Source of the DNA: Saprospiraceae bacterium
GTDB taxonomy: Bacteria; Bacteroidota; Bacteroidia; Chitinophagales; Saprospiraceae
Direction of reading: 5' to 3'
NCBI GenBank assembly: GCA_016715965.1
Contig: JADJXG010000001.1
Location: 1,527,252-1,591,251, forward strand
DNA length: 64,000 bases
Position 1 is the first letter of the stretch. Each line of letters begins with the position of its first letter. Below, piece by piece: positions 29,213-38,738 of this stretch. The translations under genes and the position numbers were made by a program. A model generated the notes under the pieces. The model had not been told where the DNA came from. It did not search any database and saw nothing but the letters and a program-made list of their open reading frames with translations.

Positions 29213-30319
29213 ATGCCTTTAAGAGCTTTTAAAATATGCCTTTTGATCCTTGTTGTATTTTTTGATCATTCAGTTGTCCAAACACAAGATTTGGATCCTG
29301 TTAAAAAAATTAGTTATGATCAGCTTGAGACCGTTTCATTTGCGATTTCCAGTGATTTAAGCCTGGAGACTCTTCACCCATCCGACATTCTAATGGCACG
29401 TAGTGAAGTAACTAAAAAAAGCAAAATCATCACGGTAGATCAGTCTGGTAAATTAAGAACGGAAACAATTTCGTTGTATAGCAATGGTCAAGAAAAGAGC
29501 CAATTTACAAGACCTTATCGAACCGTTCTGGATGATCAAGGAGTTAAATTTTATAATGCTGAGAATGTCCTTTATTTTCAAGAGCAACATTCAGAAGGTG
29601 AAGAAATTCCAACTTTTGAATTAACGGAAGATTTTATGGATCATTTTGGCTATCATCCCACCTTGCAAAAGCCAAATCAAGATGAGCTATATGCACTGAT
29701 TAATTCTGGTTTTTCAATTGATTTTGATGGACAGAGTATTCTGACCTTAGTTGATTCTAATTTCCGCGCAGTTTTTGATTTTATCAAGCAATCCACTTTG
29801 GAGGAATTTTATAAAAATGGTGTATTGCACCATAGCATATATACCCAGTTTTCTCCAGAATTGGAAAATGGTATGACTGTTAAAGTCTTGACTATTGATA
29901 AGTCTTACCTCTCCCTAAGAAATGGAGGATTAATGGAAAAAACCACTCAGACTGAATTTAATAATTATGAAATAGACAACCAATCAGTTTATCAAATAGA
30001 GAATTTTAACGATTTAAACACGAGATCCAATAGTTCTCAGTCGAGAATAACAATAAATCAATTTGACAACAAGGTATTTACAAAACAAGAGTCGGTGGTT
30101 TTATGGCCTAATCCAATGACAGATATCATAAATGTTGAGGTGAATGATTCTGCTGGTAAATTGGAATACAGGATATTAAACTTACAAGGTCAAACCATTG
30201 TCTCAGGTGGATTTCAAAGAAAAATACAAATTAACCTTTCCGACATTTCTAGCGGATCATACATTCTGGAAATTAAAAATGGAACTAATTTTTACTACAA
30301 AAAATTTCAAAAAATCTAA
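29213..30319 (+). CDS. hypothetical T9SS-secreted protein
   Basis: Signal peptide MPLRAFKICLLILVVFF (the ORF is open from ATG 29171). The C-terminal T9SS domain reads VVLWPNPMTDIINVEV...SGSYILEIKNG. The body has no recognisable motif. Confidence 0.7.
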   Translation: MPLRAFKICLLILVVFFDHSVVQTQDLDPVKKISYDQLETVSFAISSDLSLETLHPSDILMARSEVTKKSKIITVDQSGKLRTETISLYSNGQEKSQFTRPYRTVLDDQGVKFYNAENVLYFQEQHSEGEEIPTFELTEDFMDHFGYHPTLQKPNQDELYALINSGFSIDFDGQSILTLVDSNFRAVFDFIKQSTLEEFYKNGVLHHSIYTQFSPELENGMTVKVLTIDKSYLSLRNGGLMEKTTQTEFNNYEIDNQSVYQIENFNDLNTRSNSSQSRITINQFDNKVFTKQESVVLWPNPMTDIINVEVNDSAGKLEYRILNLQGQTIVSGGFQRKIQINLSDISSGSYILEIKNGTNFYYKKFQKI

Positions 30320-30349
30320 CATTGTTTAACTAACTAGAAAAATTACATC

Positions 30350-31918
30350 ATGAAAAAATTAAACTTCACTATATTGTACCTTATTATGTTTTATCTTGGC
30401 AATGTCATGGCTCAGGAAATTCAAGGTCAAAATAACCAACCAGGTGGTGCAGCAGGATTTAATCAAGTGATTGGATTAGGCGGACCTTCAATAGAAGCTA
30501 ATTATGTACCAACACAGGTCGATAATCCACCAGTATCACCTGCTCCGGATGAAGGGCTAAGAAACATTTTTTGGGTGCACGGACTAAATGGTGACATTGG
30601 TTCTTGGGCAAGAGCTGCTACTGCATCTGAATTTAATGTAGCACCTGACTTTTCGGCGAGAAAAGTAATTTCTAATTCGAATTTCACCTATACCCAGTCT
30701 TCTGGTTTGTTAGATGCATCTGCACAGGTTGGTACCTGGATTAGAGGCACCAAGGATAATCATCCCGACAGAGACTTTATCATTGCACATAGTCAAGGAG
30801 GAATCGTCAGCCGTGGATTGTTGCATTTAAATTTTTGCACCACGCCTAAAACCAAACCAAATTTTGGAGGTTTGGTCACATTTTGTAGTTCACACCAAGG
30901 AGCACTTTTATTGAATAATGTAGCAGAATTTGAAAAATTGGCTATAAAAATGTGTACTGAGATGAATGACGGTCCAATACTCGAAGGATTATTAGATTTC
31001 AAAATTTTTGGTTTACCTCTTCCCTGGAGACTGGGAAAGAAAGTATTGGTAACCGTGGATAGCCTTTGTGAAGATTTTACCAAAACCATTTTCCCATTAG
31101 TATTAAACAAAGAAACACCAAACATTACCAAAGATTATGAAGTTGGGGCACCATTGTTAAAAAAGATGAACGATTGTCTGGACGGAAATCGAGAACTTGA
31201 AGTTTTTCCTAAAGTTGCATTTTATGGTGTTGAACCAAAAGAACACCTTATGCTTAGAACTGTTCTTTATTTTGCGAAATCTTCTCAAGTACCAGATTAT
31301 TTTCAAGCCAAAGATGATGATGAACTTATTTCTGATTTTGATACAACATATTCAAAATATCGAAGAAAATATGAAACTTATGCAAATAACTATAATATTG
31401 CTTATGATCACTATAATAAACTTGAGTGTTATAAAAAATGGAAAATTCTACCACCACCTTGTCATCAGCTAAAGAAGGACGTTGAAAAGTATAAAATTCT
31501 CAAGGAAGCTTACTTAAAAGGAGTGAATTTTTTAGATCAAATGGATGATCAGTATAAATTAATTATTGGAGCTTTGGAAATCAAAAAAATCACAAAACAT
31601 TTCTGTGTTTGTGAGAACCGTTTGACTGGTAGGGTTGAACGGTATGAAGTCAGCGATCCTACTTTATGTAATAGAAAGACCAGACCAGAAATAGAATGTT
31701 ATCCTTTAGATCAGATTGAGTATTTAAGAATAGAAAAAGATTCTGACGGGGTCGTGTTGGCAGAATCTGCAGCCAATTTACCGGGTGCTACTTATGCTCC
31801 TCAAGAAATGAAAAATTCCTCTCATATGCAGGCAAGAAATGATGAGGAATTGAAAAAGGGCTTAATAAGGTTGTATGAGGGAGGAACCGATCCATTTTTT
31901 AGAACTCGTGCGAAATAG
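30350..31918 (+). CDS. secreted alpha/beta-hydrolase, lipase/esterase-like, with a large Cys-rich insertion
   Basis: Signal peptide MKKLNFTILYLIMFYLGNVMAQ, oxyanion-type IFWVHGLNGD, and nucleophile elbow IIAHSQGG (Ser codon 30791-30793). Candidate Asp is in KDSDGVVLA and candidate His in NSSHMQ, near the C-terminus. There are 11 Cys between the core strands. Confidence 0.7.
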   Translation: MKKLNFTILYLIMFYLGNVMAQEIQGQNNQPGGAAGFNQVIGLGGPSIEANYVPTQVDNPPVSPAPDEGLRNIFWVHGLNGDIGSWARAATASEFNVAPDFSARKVISNSNFTYTQSSGLLDASAQVGTWIRGTKDNHPDRDFIIAHSQGGIVSRGLLHLNFCTTPKTKPNFGGLVTFCSSHQGALLLNNVAEFEKLAIKMCTEMNDGPILEGLLDFKIFGLPLPWRLGKKVLVTVDSLCEDFTKTIFPLVLNKETPNITKDYEVGAPLLKKMNDCLDGNRELEVFPKVAFYGVEPKEHLMLRTVLYFAKSSQVPDYFQAKDDDELISDFDTTYSKYRRKYETYANNYNIAYDHYNKLECYKKWKILPPPCHQLKKDVEKYKILKEAYLKGVNFLDQMDDQYKLIIGALEIKKITKHFCVCENRLTGRVERYEVSDPTLCNRKTRPEIECYPLDQIEYLRIEKDSDGVVLAESAANLPGATYAPQEMKNSSHMQARNDEELKKGLIRLYEGGTDPFFRTRAK

Positions 31919-31932
31919 ATTAATTTACCAAT

Positions 31933-31958
31933 GGAGGCAATTATTTGCCTCCTTTTAA
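31933..31958 (+). terminator. intrinsic terminator directly after the lipase-like gene
   Basis: ggaggcaa-ttat-ttgcctcc followed by ttttaatt. The 8-bp stem is perfect and the tract ends 13 nt before the next ATG. Confidence 0.7.
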
Positions 31959-31970
31959 TTAAATAACAAA

Positions 31971-33242
31971 ATGAAACAATTTACTTTAATGCTTGGATTA
32001 TTTTTTTACATACTCATACATTTGGCGTGTGAGCCACACGATATGCCTTGCATAAATCCACCTTGCGAGCCGATAGACACTACTATGCCAAAACCAATGG
32101 TCGATACCAATATTGTGTGGAAACACAATGCTGACACCAATCGGAATATATGTTCTACTATGAAGCCGGTGTTATTTGGAAACACAGTTTTATTCAGCCG
32201 CAGAACCTCAGGAATCCCGGATGGATTTATGTTTTTTGATAAAAAAACAGGAGAGCTTCTCCATTTATACGAGGATCATATTAGCCCAAATTGGAAATCT
32301 GGATCCACTTATCAATATGAACAATTTTGTGTGGTAACAGATTGGCATGAGGTCTTCCTGTTGGATTTAACAACGAATAGATTGATTAAACGAATCAATC
32401 TCAGAGATTATGGATATGAGGGTTTACCGAGAATCGGTGGACTTGGTGAATGGGTGTATCTTCCTGTTGAAAAAGTAGGACATCCCAAACAGGAATATAC
32501 CAATATCTGGTTGCGCTGGAATATGATGACTTACCAATTGGAAGAGGTGCTCACCATCGTGGATCAAGGCACTTTTGTCGCAGGTTTTGAATCCCTTGCT
32601 TTTTGGTTTAAACCAAATGGAGATACTGTGATGATCTTTCAAAATAGACAATACGATTTTATCAATCGAAATCGACGCATCGATCTTTACGCTTACAATA
32701 TGCGGACCAGAGAATTTGAATGGAAAGTTGACTCATTTACCCGAACAGGTAATACCAGTATCTTCCCAATAATCATTCAAGAGGACCGATTGTATTTTCA
32801 AGGAGGGAATGAGGCATTTTGTTTTAGCTGTGTCGATGGAAGTGTAATTTGGAATCAATATTTTCCCGGTGAAGGTTTTTTTGTTTCAAATGCGATTTTA
32901 GAGGAAGGATTATATGTACTCAAGGGTGAAACAAAAAAAATGTACGCAATCGATCATAAATCTGGAAATATAGCCTGGGTTAATAATGATGCTGGTACAT
33001 CCTCAAGCAACTTGGTATATCACAAAGGTTCTATTTATTATGAGACGGGTCAGGATGGTTTAGGAGTCCTACGAAGGATTAGGGTAAGAGATGGAAAGGT
33101 GGATTGGACCTTGTTTCCAAGCTCCTACAAACAATTTTCACACGCATCCTACGGGCCATCCGGCATTGCAATTGACCATGAGACCGACCTGTTGTATGCC
33201 AATGACCGGGTGTATCATTTGTGTATTAAATTGCCAAAATAA
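31971..33242 (+). CDS. beta-propeller (PQQ/BamB-like) putative lipoprotein, paralog A
   Basis: Signal sequence ends in ...IHLAC followed by EPHD. The repeat pattern resembles PQQ-like propellers (LYFQGGNEAFCFSCVDGSVIW, MYAIDHKSGNIAW, DGKVDW). About two thirds of residues are identical to the next gene. Confidence 0.65.
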   Translation: MKQFTLMLGLFFYILIHLACEPHDMPCINPPCEPIDTTMPKPMVDTNIVWKHNADTNRNICSTMKPVLFGNTVLFSRRTSGIPDGFMFFDKKTGELLHLYEDHISPNWKSGSTYQYEQFCVVTDWHEVFLLDLTTNRLIKRINLRDYGYEGLPRIGGLGEWVYLPVEKVGHPKQEYTNIWLRWNMMTYQLEEVLTIVDQGTFVAGFESLAFWFKPNGDTVMIFQNRQYDFINRNRRIDLYAYNMRTREFEWKVDSFTRTGNTSIFPIIIQEDRLYFQGGNEAFCFSCVDGSVIWNQYFPGEGFFVSNAILEEGLYVLKGETKKMYAIDHKSGNIAWVNNDAGTSSSNLVYHKGSIYYETGQDGLGVLRRIRVRDGKVDWTLFPSSYKQFSHASYGPSGIAIDHETDLLYANDRVYHLCIKLPK

Positions 33243-33304
33243 ACCCTGTTTTTATGATTCAAGAACTACCTAAAACTATTTGAATTATTTTTAACACTAA
33301 GATT

Positions 33305-34573
33305 ATGAAAACAATTAAATTGATTTGCTTATTCTGTCTTTTAAATGGATTTATGAGTTGTGAACCCAGTGATCTGATCACAATTATTTTAGATCAACAC
33401 CCTCAGGATACCACATTTACTGCGTCAGTTATAGACAGCAATATTGTTTGGAAGTACAATCCGGGTTTAAACCGCAATATATTCTCTTCCATGAATCCAG
33501 TACTGTATGGCAATACCGTATTGTTTAGCCGCAGGACTTCGGGATTACAGGATGGGTTAATGTTTTTTGACAAAAAGACAGGAGTGCTTCTGAATTTATT
33601 TGAAAATCATACGAGTAATGAATGGTTATCTGGAGAGAGCTATCAATACCAGCATTATTGTGTACTGACTGACTGGTACGAAGTATTTTTATTGGACATG
33701 GAAAACAAAAAAATACAAAGAAGATTCAACCTAAAAAATTTTGGATATGAAGCCCGTCCCAGGATTTCAGGATTTGGAGAATGGATATACATTTCTGTAG
33801 GCCATAATGGCCATCCAAGGAAAAATTATACAAACACATGGTTGCGATGGAACCTGACCACAGACCAAATGGAAGAGATCTTGTCTATAGAAGATCCAGG
33901 AACTTTCGAAGCAAGTTTTGAATCACTGGCTTTTTGGTTAAAGCCAAATGGAGATACCGTAATGATCTTTCAAAACCGACAATATGATTTTATTAATAAA
34001 AATCGGCGTATCGATCTATATGCTTTTAATATAAGGACTAAGGAATTTGAATGGAAATTGGACTCTATTACCAAAACTGGCAATTCCACTATTTTTCCAA
34101 TTCTCATACAAGATGATCGTTTGTATTTTCAAGGTGTAAATGACGTCTATTGTTATAGTTGCTATGATGGGAGTTTAATTTGGGAACGGTATTTTCCGGA
34201 AGTAGGAATTTCTAATGCAAACGCCTTACTGGAGGAAGGAAATTATATACTTCAAGCCGGAGAGAATAAAATGATTGGGATAAATTCTTTGAATGGGAAA
34301 ATTAACTGGACTAATCATTCTGCAGGCTATTCACTAAGCAATTTAGTATATCACAAAGGATATATTTATTATGAGACAGGTAAGGATGGATTAGGAGTCT
34401 TACGACGGATAAGGGTAAGTGATGGAAAAGTGGATTGGACGCTTTTTCCAAGCGCCTACAAACAGTTAACAAACGCATCCTACGGCACTTCCGGAATAGC
34501 TATTGACCATGAGACCAACCTGCTTTATTCCAATGACCGGGTGTATCATTTGTGTATTAAATTACCTAAATGA
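33305..34573 (+). CDS. beta-propeller (PQQ/BamB-like) putative lipoprotein, paralog B
   Basis: Signal sequence ends in ...GFMSC followed by EPSD. Collinear with paralog A over the whole length, with a near-identical C-terminus (NDRVYHLCIKLPK). Confidence 0.65.
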   Translation: MKTIKLICLFCLLNGFMSCEPSDLITIILDQHPQDTTFTASVIDSNIVWKYNPGLNRNIFSSMNPVLYGNTVLFSRRTSGLQDGLMFFDKKTGVLLNLFENHTSNEWLSGESYQYQHYCVLTDWYEVFLLDMENKKIQRRFNLKNFGYEARPRISGFGEWIYISVGHNGHPRKNYTNTWLRWNLTTDQMEEILSIEDPGTFEASFESLAFWLKPNGDTVMIFQNRQYDFINKNRRIDLYAFNIRTKEFEWKLDSITKTGNSTIFPILIQDDRLYFQGVNDVYCYSCYDGSLIWERYFPEVGISNANALLEEGNYILQAGENKMIGINSLNGKINWTNHSAGYSLSNLVYHKGYIYYETGKDGLGVLRRIRVSDGKVDWTLFPSAYKQLTNASYGTSGIAIDHETNLLYSNDRVYHLCIKLPK

Positions 34574-34817
34574 ACTAAGTCAGGGATGCAATGCTTTAAC
34601 AAGATTGATTCTATATTCAAGCAACACTAAATAAGCGAACACCAATTTATTACTAGCAAAAGATTTTATTACCTGATTAATTCAGCAAAATGCGACCTGC
34701 AGTAAGTGCTATTAAATTGTATGTCGTAAGCTTTACGAATGTATACATTCTTACTTTTTGGACCAATTTCACAATGCTTTAAAAAATATTTATTAATTCA
34801 CTTAAACACCAACAATT

Positions 34818-35510
34818 ATGAAAGACCTTATTAAATTTTCTTTCGTCATTATTTCATTAATCATCACCTCCAACCTATTCTCACAAAATTTGGGAGTGAG
34901 AATTGGGATGAATTTATCAAACATGTATTTAGCGGATATAACGCATCTATATAGTAAAGATTTTAAATTAAATCCGGGAATTCATTTAGGTTTAACTGGC
35001 AATTTGCCACTCAACAGAATATTTTCACTTGAAACAGCTTTGCTGTTTTCAAAAAAAGGTTTTATAAGTGAAGGTCAAGAAGACTATTTAGGAACATTAG
35101 CCGAGATTAAAGGTACTACAAATCTCTTCTACCTTGATATTCCATTAAATCTAAAAGCTGCATTTAGTATGAAAGCAAGTAAAATATATTTTCTATTTGG
35201 GCCCTATATTGGAATTGGTATTTTCGGTGAATCCCGTTATGAAATAAACCAATCAGGCGCAACTAAAACAAGAACTGAATTGGTCTCATGGGGATCTGAT
35301 CCGGAATATGACGATATACGTAGATATGATTTAGGGTTAATTATGGGTGTTGGAATTGAGTTGACTTCTTTTCAGTTTGGAATAAATTATGGATTTGGAT
35401 TAGCCAATATTTCGCCCTATATCGCAGATGAGATTACCATGAATAATTTAGTTTTTGGATTATCACTCGGATATAAGTTTAATCGTATCCGACCAGTAAA
35501 CTACCAGTAA
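34818..35510 (+). CDS. outer-membrane beta-barrel protein (porin-family, OMP_b-brl_2-like)
   Basis: Signal peptide, then alternating-hydrophobic beta-strand pattern with G/Y-rich strands (GVRIGMNLSNM, LGLIMGVGIEL, GINYGFGLANI). Confidence 0.6.
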   Translation: MKDLIKFSFVIISLIITSNLFSQNLGVRIGMNLSNMYLADITHLYSKDFKLNPGIHLGLTGNLPLNRIFSLETALLFSKKGFISEGQEDYLGTLAEIKGTTNLFYLDIPLNLKAAFSMKASKIYFLFGPYIGIGIFGESRYEINQSGATKTRTELVSWGSDPEYDDIRRYDLGLIMGVGIELTSFQFGINYGFGLANISPYIADEITMNNLVFGLSLGYKFNRIRPVNYQ

Positions 35511-35799
35511 TTTAAAATCATAAAGGTCAATAGATTTGCAAAAAATGAAATCTATGAATCTGTGGGAATAATTGCCTCAGAATTGGAAACCAAAGTGAAT
35601 ATAAGCAGTTGCTTGGATGGTTGCGATTGATCAACATTTTTGAGAACAGGTAGCTTCCAGAAAATGGTTAGGACCGGGTTTTGGACTCTTTTATCCTATC
35701 TGTTTCAAAGCTCCAGAACCCTGGATTGCACTAGTTGGCATTTTTCTGAATTGCTTTATTCTAAACTATTCATTGTCTTTAGACCTCATGAACATTTTA

Positions 35800-35837
35800 G
35801 AAAAACAAGCGGCCACTGGATCTCATCCAATGGCCGC
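35800..35837 (-). terminator. intrinsic terminator of the M16 peptidase gene
   Basis: The minus strand reads gcggccattgg-atgagat-ccagtggccgc followed by ttgttttt. 10 of 11 bp pair. It lies 37 nt after the stop at 35874. Confidence 0.65.
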
Positions 35838-35873
35838 AGTATAACTGATTCTGATTAAATGTTTGGTTGAAAC

Positions 35874-38738
35874 TTATGGTTTCTTTAATTTGTTGGCAAA
35901 ATCTCCGCCTTTCACCATGCTGATTTTGTCCAGACTGACGTGCTTTTTAATGGCTTGATTCACCTGATCAACGGTCAGAGTGGAGAGTTTTTTCTCAAAA
36001 TCTTCCGTAAACTGATAAGTCCGACCGATGTGATGCAAATAACTCAAACCGGAAGCAAGTGAATTGTCCTGAGATCTGGTCACCTTGCGGGATTGCAGTA
36101 TTCCTGATTTTGCTTCTTCGAGTTCCTTGTCTGTAAATCCATCTTTCAGCATTTTTTCAATTTCTTCTTTGAAGGCTTGCTCCAGACGATCGCGGTTTTC
36201 CGGTGCATAAATGGCATACACCGTAAAATTACCGGCCCTGTCCAATGATTCTGCATTCAGCTGAGAGCCCACTCCGTAAGAAATACCTTCCTTCTGGCGA
36301 ATTCTGGTGGCCAAGCGGCTGTTTAGAAATCCTCCTCCCAAGATATAGTTGGCCATTACCAGCGCAGGATATTCCGGATCATCGTCCCGCACCGCTATAT
36401 TACAACCCGCCAAAAACATGGCATTGGCCTTGTCCGGCGTTTCGATGTTGAGGTCTTTTTTAGGAGCATCGTTGTATTTGGCCGTGATTCGCGCATAAGG
36501 CTTGCTGCTTTTCCATTTTCCAAAATCTTTCACCAACTGGGATTTTATCGCGTTTTCATCAAAATCACCTACAATGGCTACAGAGGCATTGGTGGAACCA
36601 TAAAATTCTTTGTGAAAACTCCTCAGCTCGTCAATTTTCAGATTTTTAACAGCCTCCATTTCTTCTTCCAGACTCATGGTATATCGGATGTCACCTTTGG
36701 GGTAAGGACTGAGGTGTTTGGTGTACGCCAATCTCACCAGAGATTGGGGATCTGATTTTTGCTCTTCCAGGTTGGCGAGATCCTCGTTTCTGAGTTCTTC
36801 AAATTCCTTTTCTGAAAATGCAGGGTTTTTCAACATGTCGTTGACCATGCTGAGCACCTGGGAAAGATTGTCTTTGGTGGTCTGCACAGAGGCTGTGACC
36901 TGACCGCGGGATTCATAAAAATTGACCCTGGCTTTGAGTTTGTCCAGCTCGTCCTTGATTTGTTGCCTGCTCATGGTTTTTGTGCCGCGATCCAGCATCG
37001 CAGCTGTATAATTGGCGATAACAGCTTTGTTTTTTAAACTATTTTCGTCACCCATGTACAAGGTCATGGTAGCATTGACCATATTGCCTTTGGTGGATTT
37101 TGGCAACAGTGCCCATTTGATGGAATTGCTTTCCTGTCCTCTTTTGGTGCGCTTTTCAATGTTCATGGGAGATGGGTCAAAATCCTCACCCTGGGCTTTC
37201 GGGGGATCTCCTTTGTAACCCTTGAGCAGAGCAGCAATATCCGGGGCAGAAGGAATTTCCGAACGGTCTGGTTTTTCTTCCGGAATAAACAATCCCACGG
37301 TTCTGTTGCTTGGTTTGAGATAGGTGTGCGCGACCCTTTGCACATCTTCCTGGGTAACTTTGCGGATATGGTCCCTGTAAAGGAAGGTCAATCTCCAATC
37401 ACCCATCCCGATGTATTCGCTTAACCTCCTTCCAAGGGCTTCGGTGTTGTTGAAAAGCAAATCAAAATCTTTTAATTTTTTGGTGATGGATCTTTCCACT
37501 TCTTCTTTGGTGGCCGGATTGGATTTCATTCCATCCAGGGTTTGAATCAGGGTGTTTTTGGCGTCTTCAAGATCGTTTTCTTTCCTCACCTGAGCGTTGA
37601 AATAAGCAAAACCGGGTTCTTTCAAAGTGGCGCACCATCCCCAAATGCTGGAAGCTTTTTTGGTTTCCACCAGGGCTTTGTATAGTCTGCCCGAAGGCTC
37701 TGACGTCAAAATATCGGTGAGGACATCAAATGCAGCTGCATCGGGATGTGCACCGGGAGGAATGTGATACATACAAGCCACCGCCTGGACATCTCCCACT
37801 CTTTTTAAGGTGACCAATCTTTCTCCATCCTGGACGGGTTCTTCGGTATAGGTAGGGATCAATTCTCTTTCGGGTTTGGGTATCTTCCCGAAATATTCTG
37901 TCACCAAATCCACCACTTTTTTCTCATCGATTTTACCAGCGACCACCAATACGGCATTATCGGGCTGATAGTATTTGCGGTAGAAAGCCTGGAGTCTGTC
38001 GATCGGCACATTTTCAATGTCTGCTCTGGCTCCAATGGTGGTGTTGCCATAATTGTGCCATAGATAGGCAGTTGACATCACCCTTTTCATCAAGACGCCG
38101 GTTGGACTGTTTTCTCCGGACTCATATTCATTTCTCACCACAGACATTTCGCTGTCCAGGTCTTTTTTGGCAATAAAAGAATTGACCATGCGATCGGCTT
38201 CGAGGTCAAGCGCCCAGCGAAGATTTTCTTCGGTGGCCGAGAATGTCTCAAAATAATTGGTTCTGTCATACCAGGTGGTTCCATTCGGTCTGGCACCATG
38301 GCTCGAAAGTTCGGATGGGATGTCTGGATGTCTGGGGGTTCCTTTAAACACCAAATGTTCCAAAAGATGCGCCATTCCTGTCTCGCCATATCCCTCATGT
38401 CTGGATCCTACCAGATAGGTAATGTTGACAGTGATGGTTTGTTTGGAATTGTCCGGAAAGACCAAAAAGCGAAGTCCGTTGGGGAGCTTGTATTCTGTAA
38501 TTCCTTCCACCGAGGTGACTTTTTCAGCTTTTGGATCTGAGTTTTGGGCATTGGTGGTGGAAAGGGTTTGGGCACTGGCCTGGTTCATATTGTTGTCCTG
38601 TTGGTTGGTGGTTTTTGCCGAAGTGGCGGCTCCGACAATTTTAGGTTTTTTTGGGTTAAATCCCTGGGCCTGCAGTGTATGAAAGCAGACACCGGTTGAG
38701 ATTAACAAGAAAAGAATGGATTTGATCATATTTTGCAT
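35874..38738 (-). CDS. M16-family (pitrilysin/insulinase-like) zinc peptidase, double-length
   Basis: Signal peptide, inverted zinc motif HLLEH in GMAHLLEHLVFKG. 954 aa, consistent with fused active and inactive M16 halves. Confidence 0.9.
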   Translation of the reverse strand: MQNMIKSILFLLISTGVCFHTLQAQGFNPKKPKIVGAATSAKTTNQQDNNMNQASAQTLSTTNAQNSDPKAEKVTSVEGITEYKLPNGLRFLVFPDNSKQTITVNITYLVGSRHEGYGETGMAHLLEHLVFKGTPRHPDIPSELSSHGARPNGTTWYDRTNYFETFSATEENLRWALDLEADRMVNSFIAKKDLDSEMSVVRNEYESGENSPTGVLMKRVMSTAYLWHNYGNTTIGARADIENVPIDRLQAFYRKYYQPDNAVLVVAGKIDEKKVVDLVTEYFGKIPKPERELIPTYTEEPVQDGERLVTLKRVGDVQAVACMYHIPPGAHPDAAAFDVLTDILTSEPSGRLYKALVETKKASSIWGWCATLKEPGFAYFNAQVRKENDLEDAKNTLIQTLDGMKSNPATKEEVERSITKKLKDFDLLFNNTEALGRRLSEYIGMGDWRLTFLYRDHIRKVTQEDVQRVAHTYLKPSNRTVGLFIPEEKPDRSEIPSAPDIAALLKGYKGDPPKAQGEDFDPSPMNIEKRTKRGQESNSIKWALLPKSTKGNMVNATMTLYMGDENSLKNKAVIANYTAAMLDRGTKTMSRQQIKDELDKLKARVNFYESRGQVTASVQTTKDNLSQVLSMVNDMLKNPAFSEKEFEELRNEDLANLEEQKSDPQSLVRLAYTKHLSPYPKGDIRYTMSLEEEMEAVKNLKIDELRSFHKEFYGSTNASVAIVGDFDENAIKSQLVKDFGKWKSSKPYARITAKYNDAPKKDLNIETPDKANAMFLAGCNIAVRDDDPEYPALVMANYILGGGFLNSRLATRIRQKEGISYGVGSQLNAESLDRAGNFTVYAIYAPENRDRLEQAFKEEIEKMLKDGFTDKELEEAKSGILQSRKVTRSQDNSLASGLSYLHHIGRTYQFTEDFEKKLSTLTVDQVNQAIKKHVSLDKISMVKGGDFANKLKKP

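Larger units (their letters stand above)
31971..34573 (+). repeat. tandem gene duplication (two 1.27-kb paralogs)
   Basis: Both copies are collinear. A 34-nt stretch, ccaatgaccgggtgtatcatttgtgtattaaatt, is identical at 33199-33232 and 34530-34563. Confidence 0.85.

Noticed and set aside
30350-34573. Lipase plus tandem lipoproteins as a bona fide T6SS Tle/Tli effector-immunity locus
   Set aside because: The hydrolase has a classical Sec signal peptide, and no T6SS structural, VgrG/Hcp or PAAR genes are in the window. The idea is kept only as an analogy in the findings.
35640-35858. 72-aa plus-strand ORF between the OM barrel gene and the M16 gene
   Set aside because: It has a TTG start, no motifs and unusual composition, and it overlaps the M16 terminator hairpin. 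It is probably non-coding.
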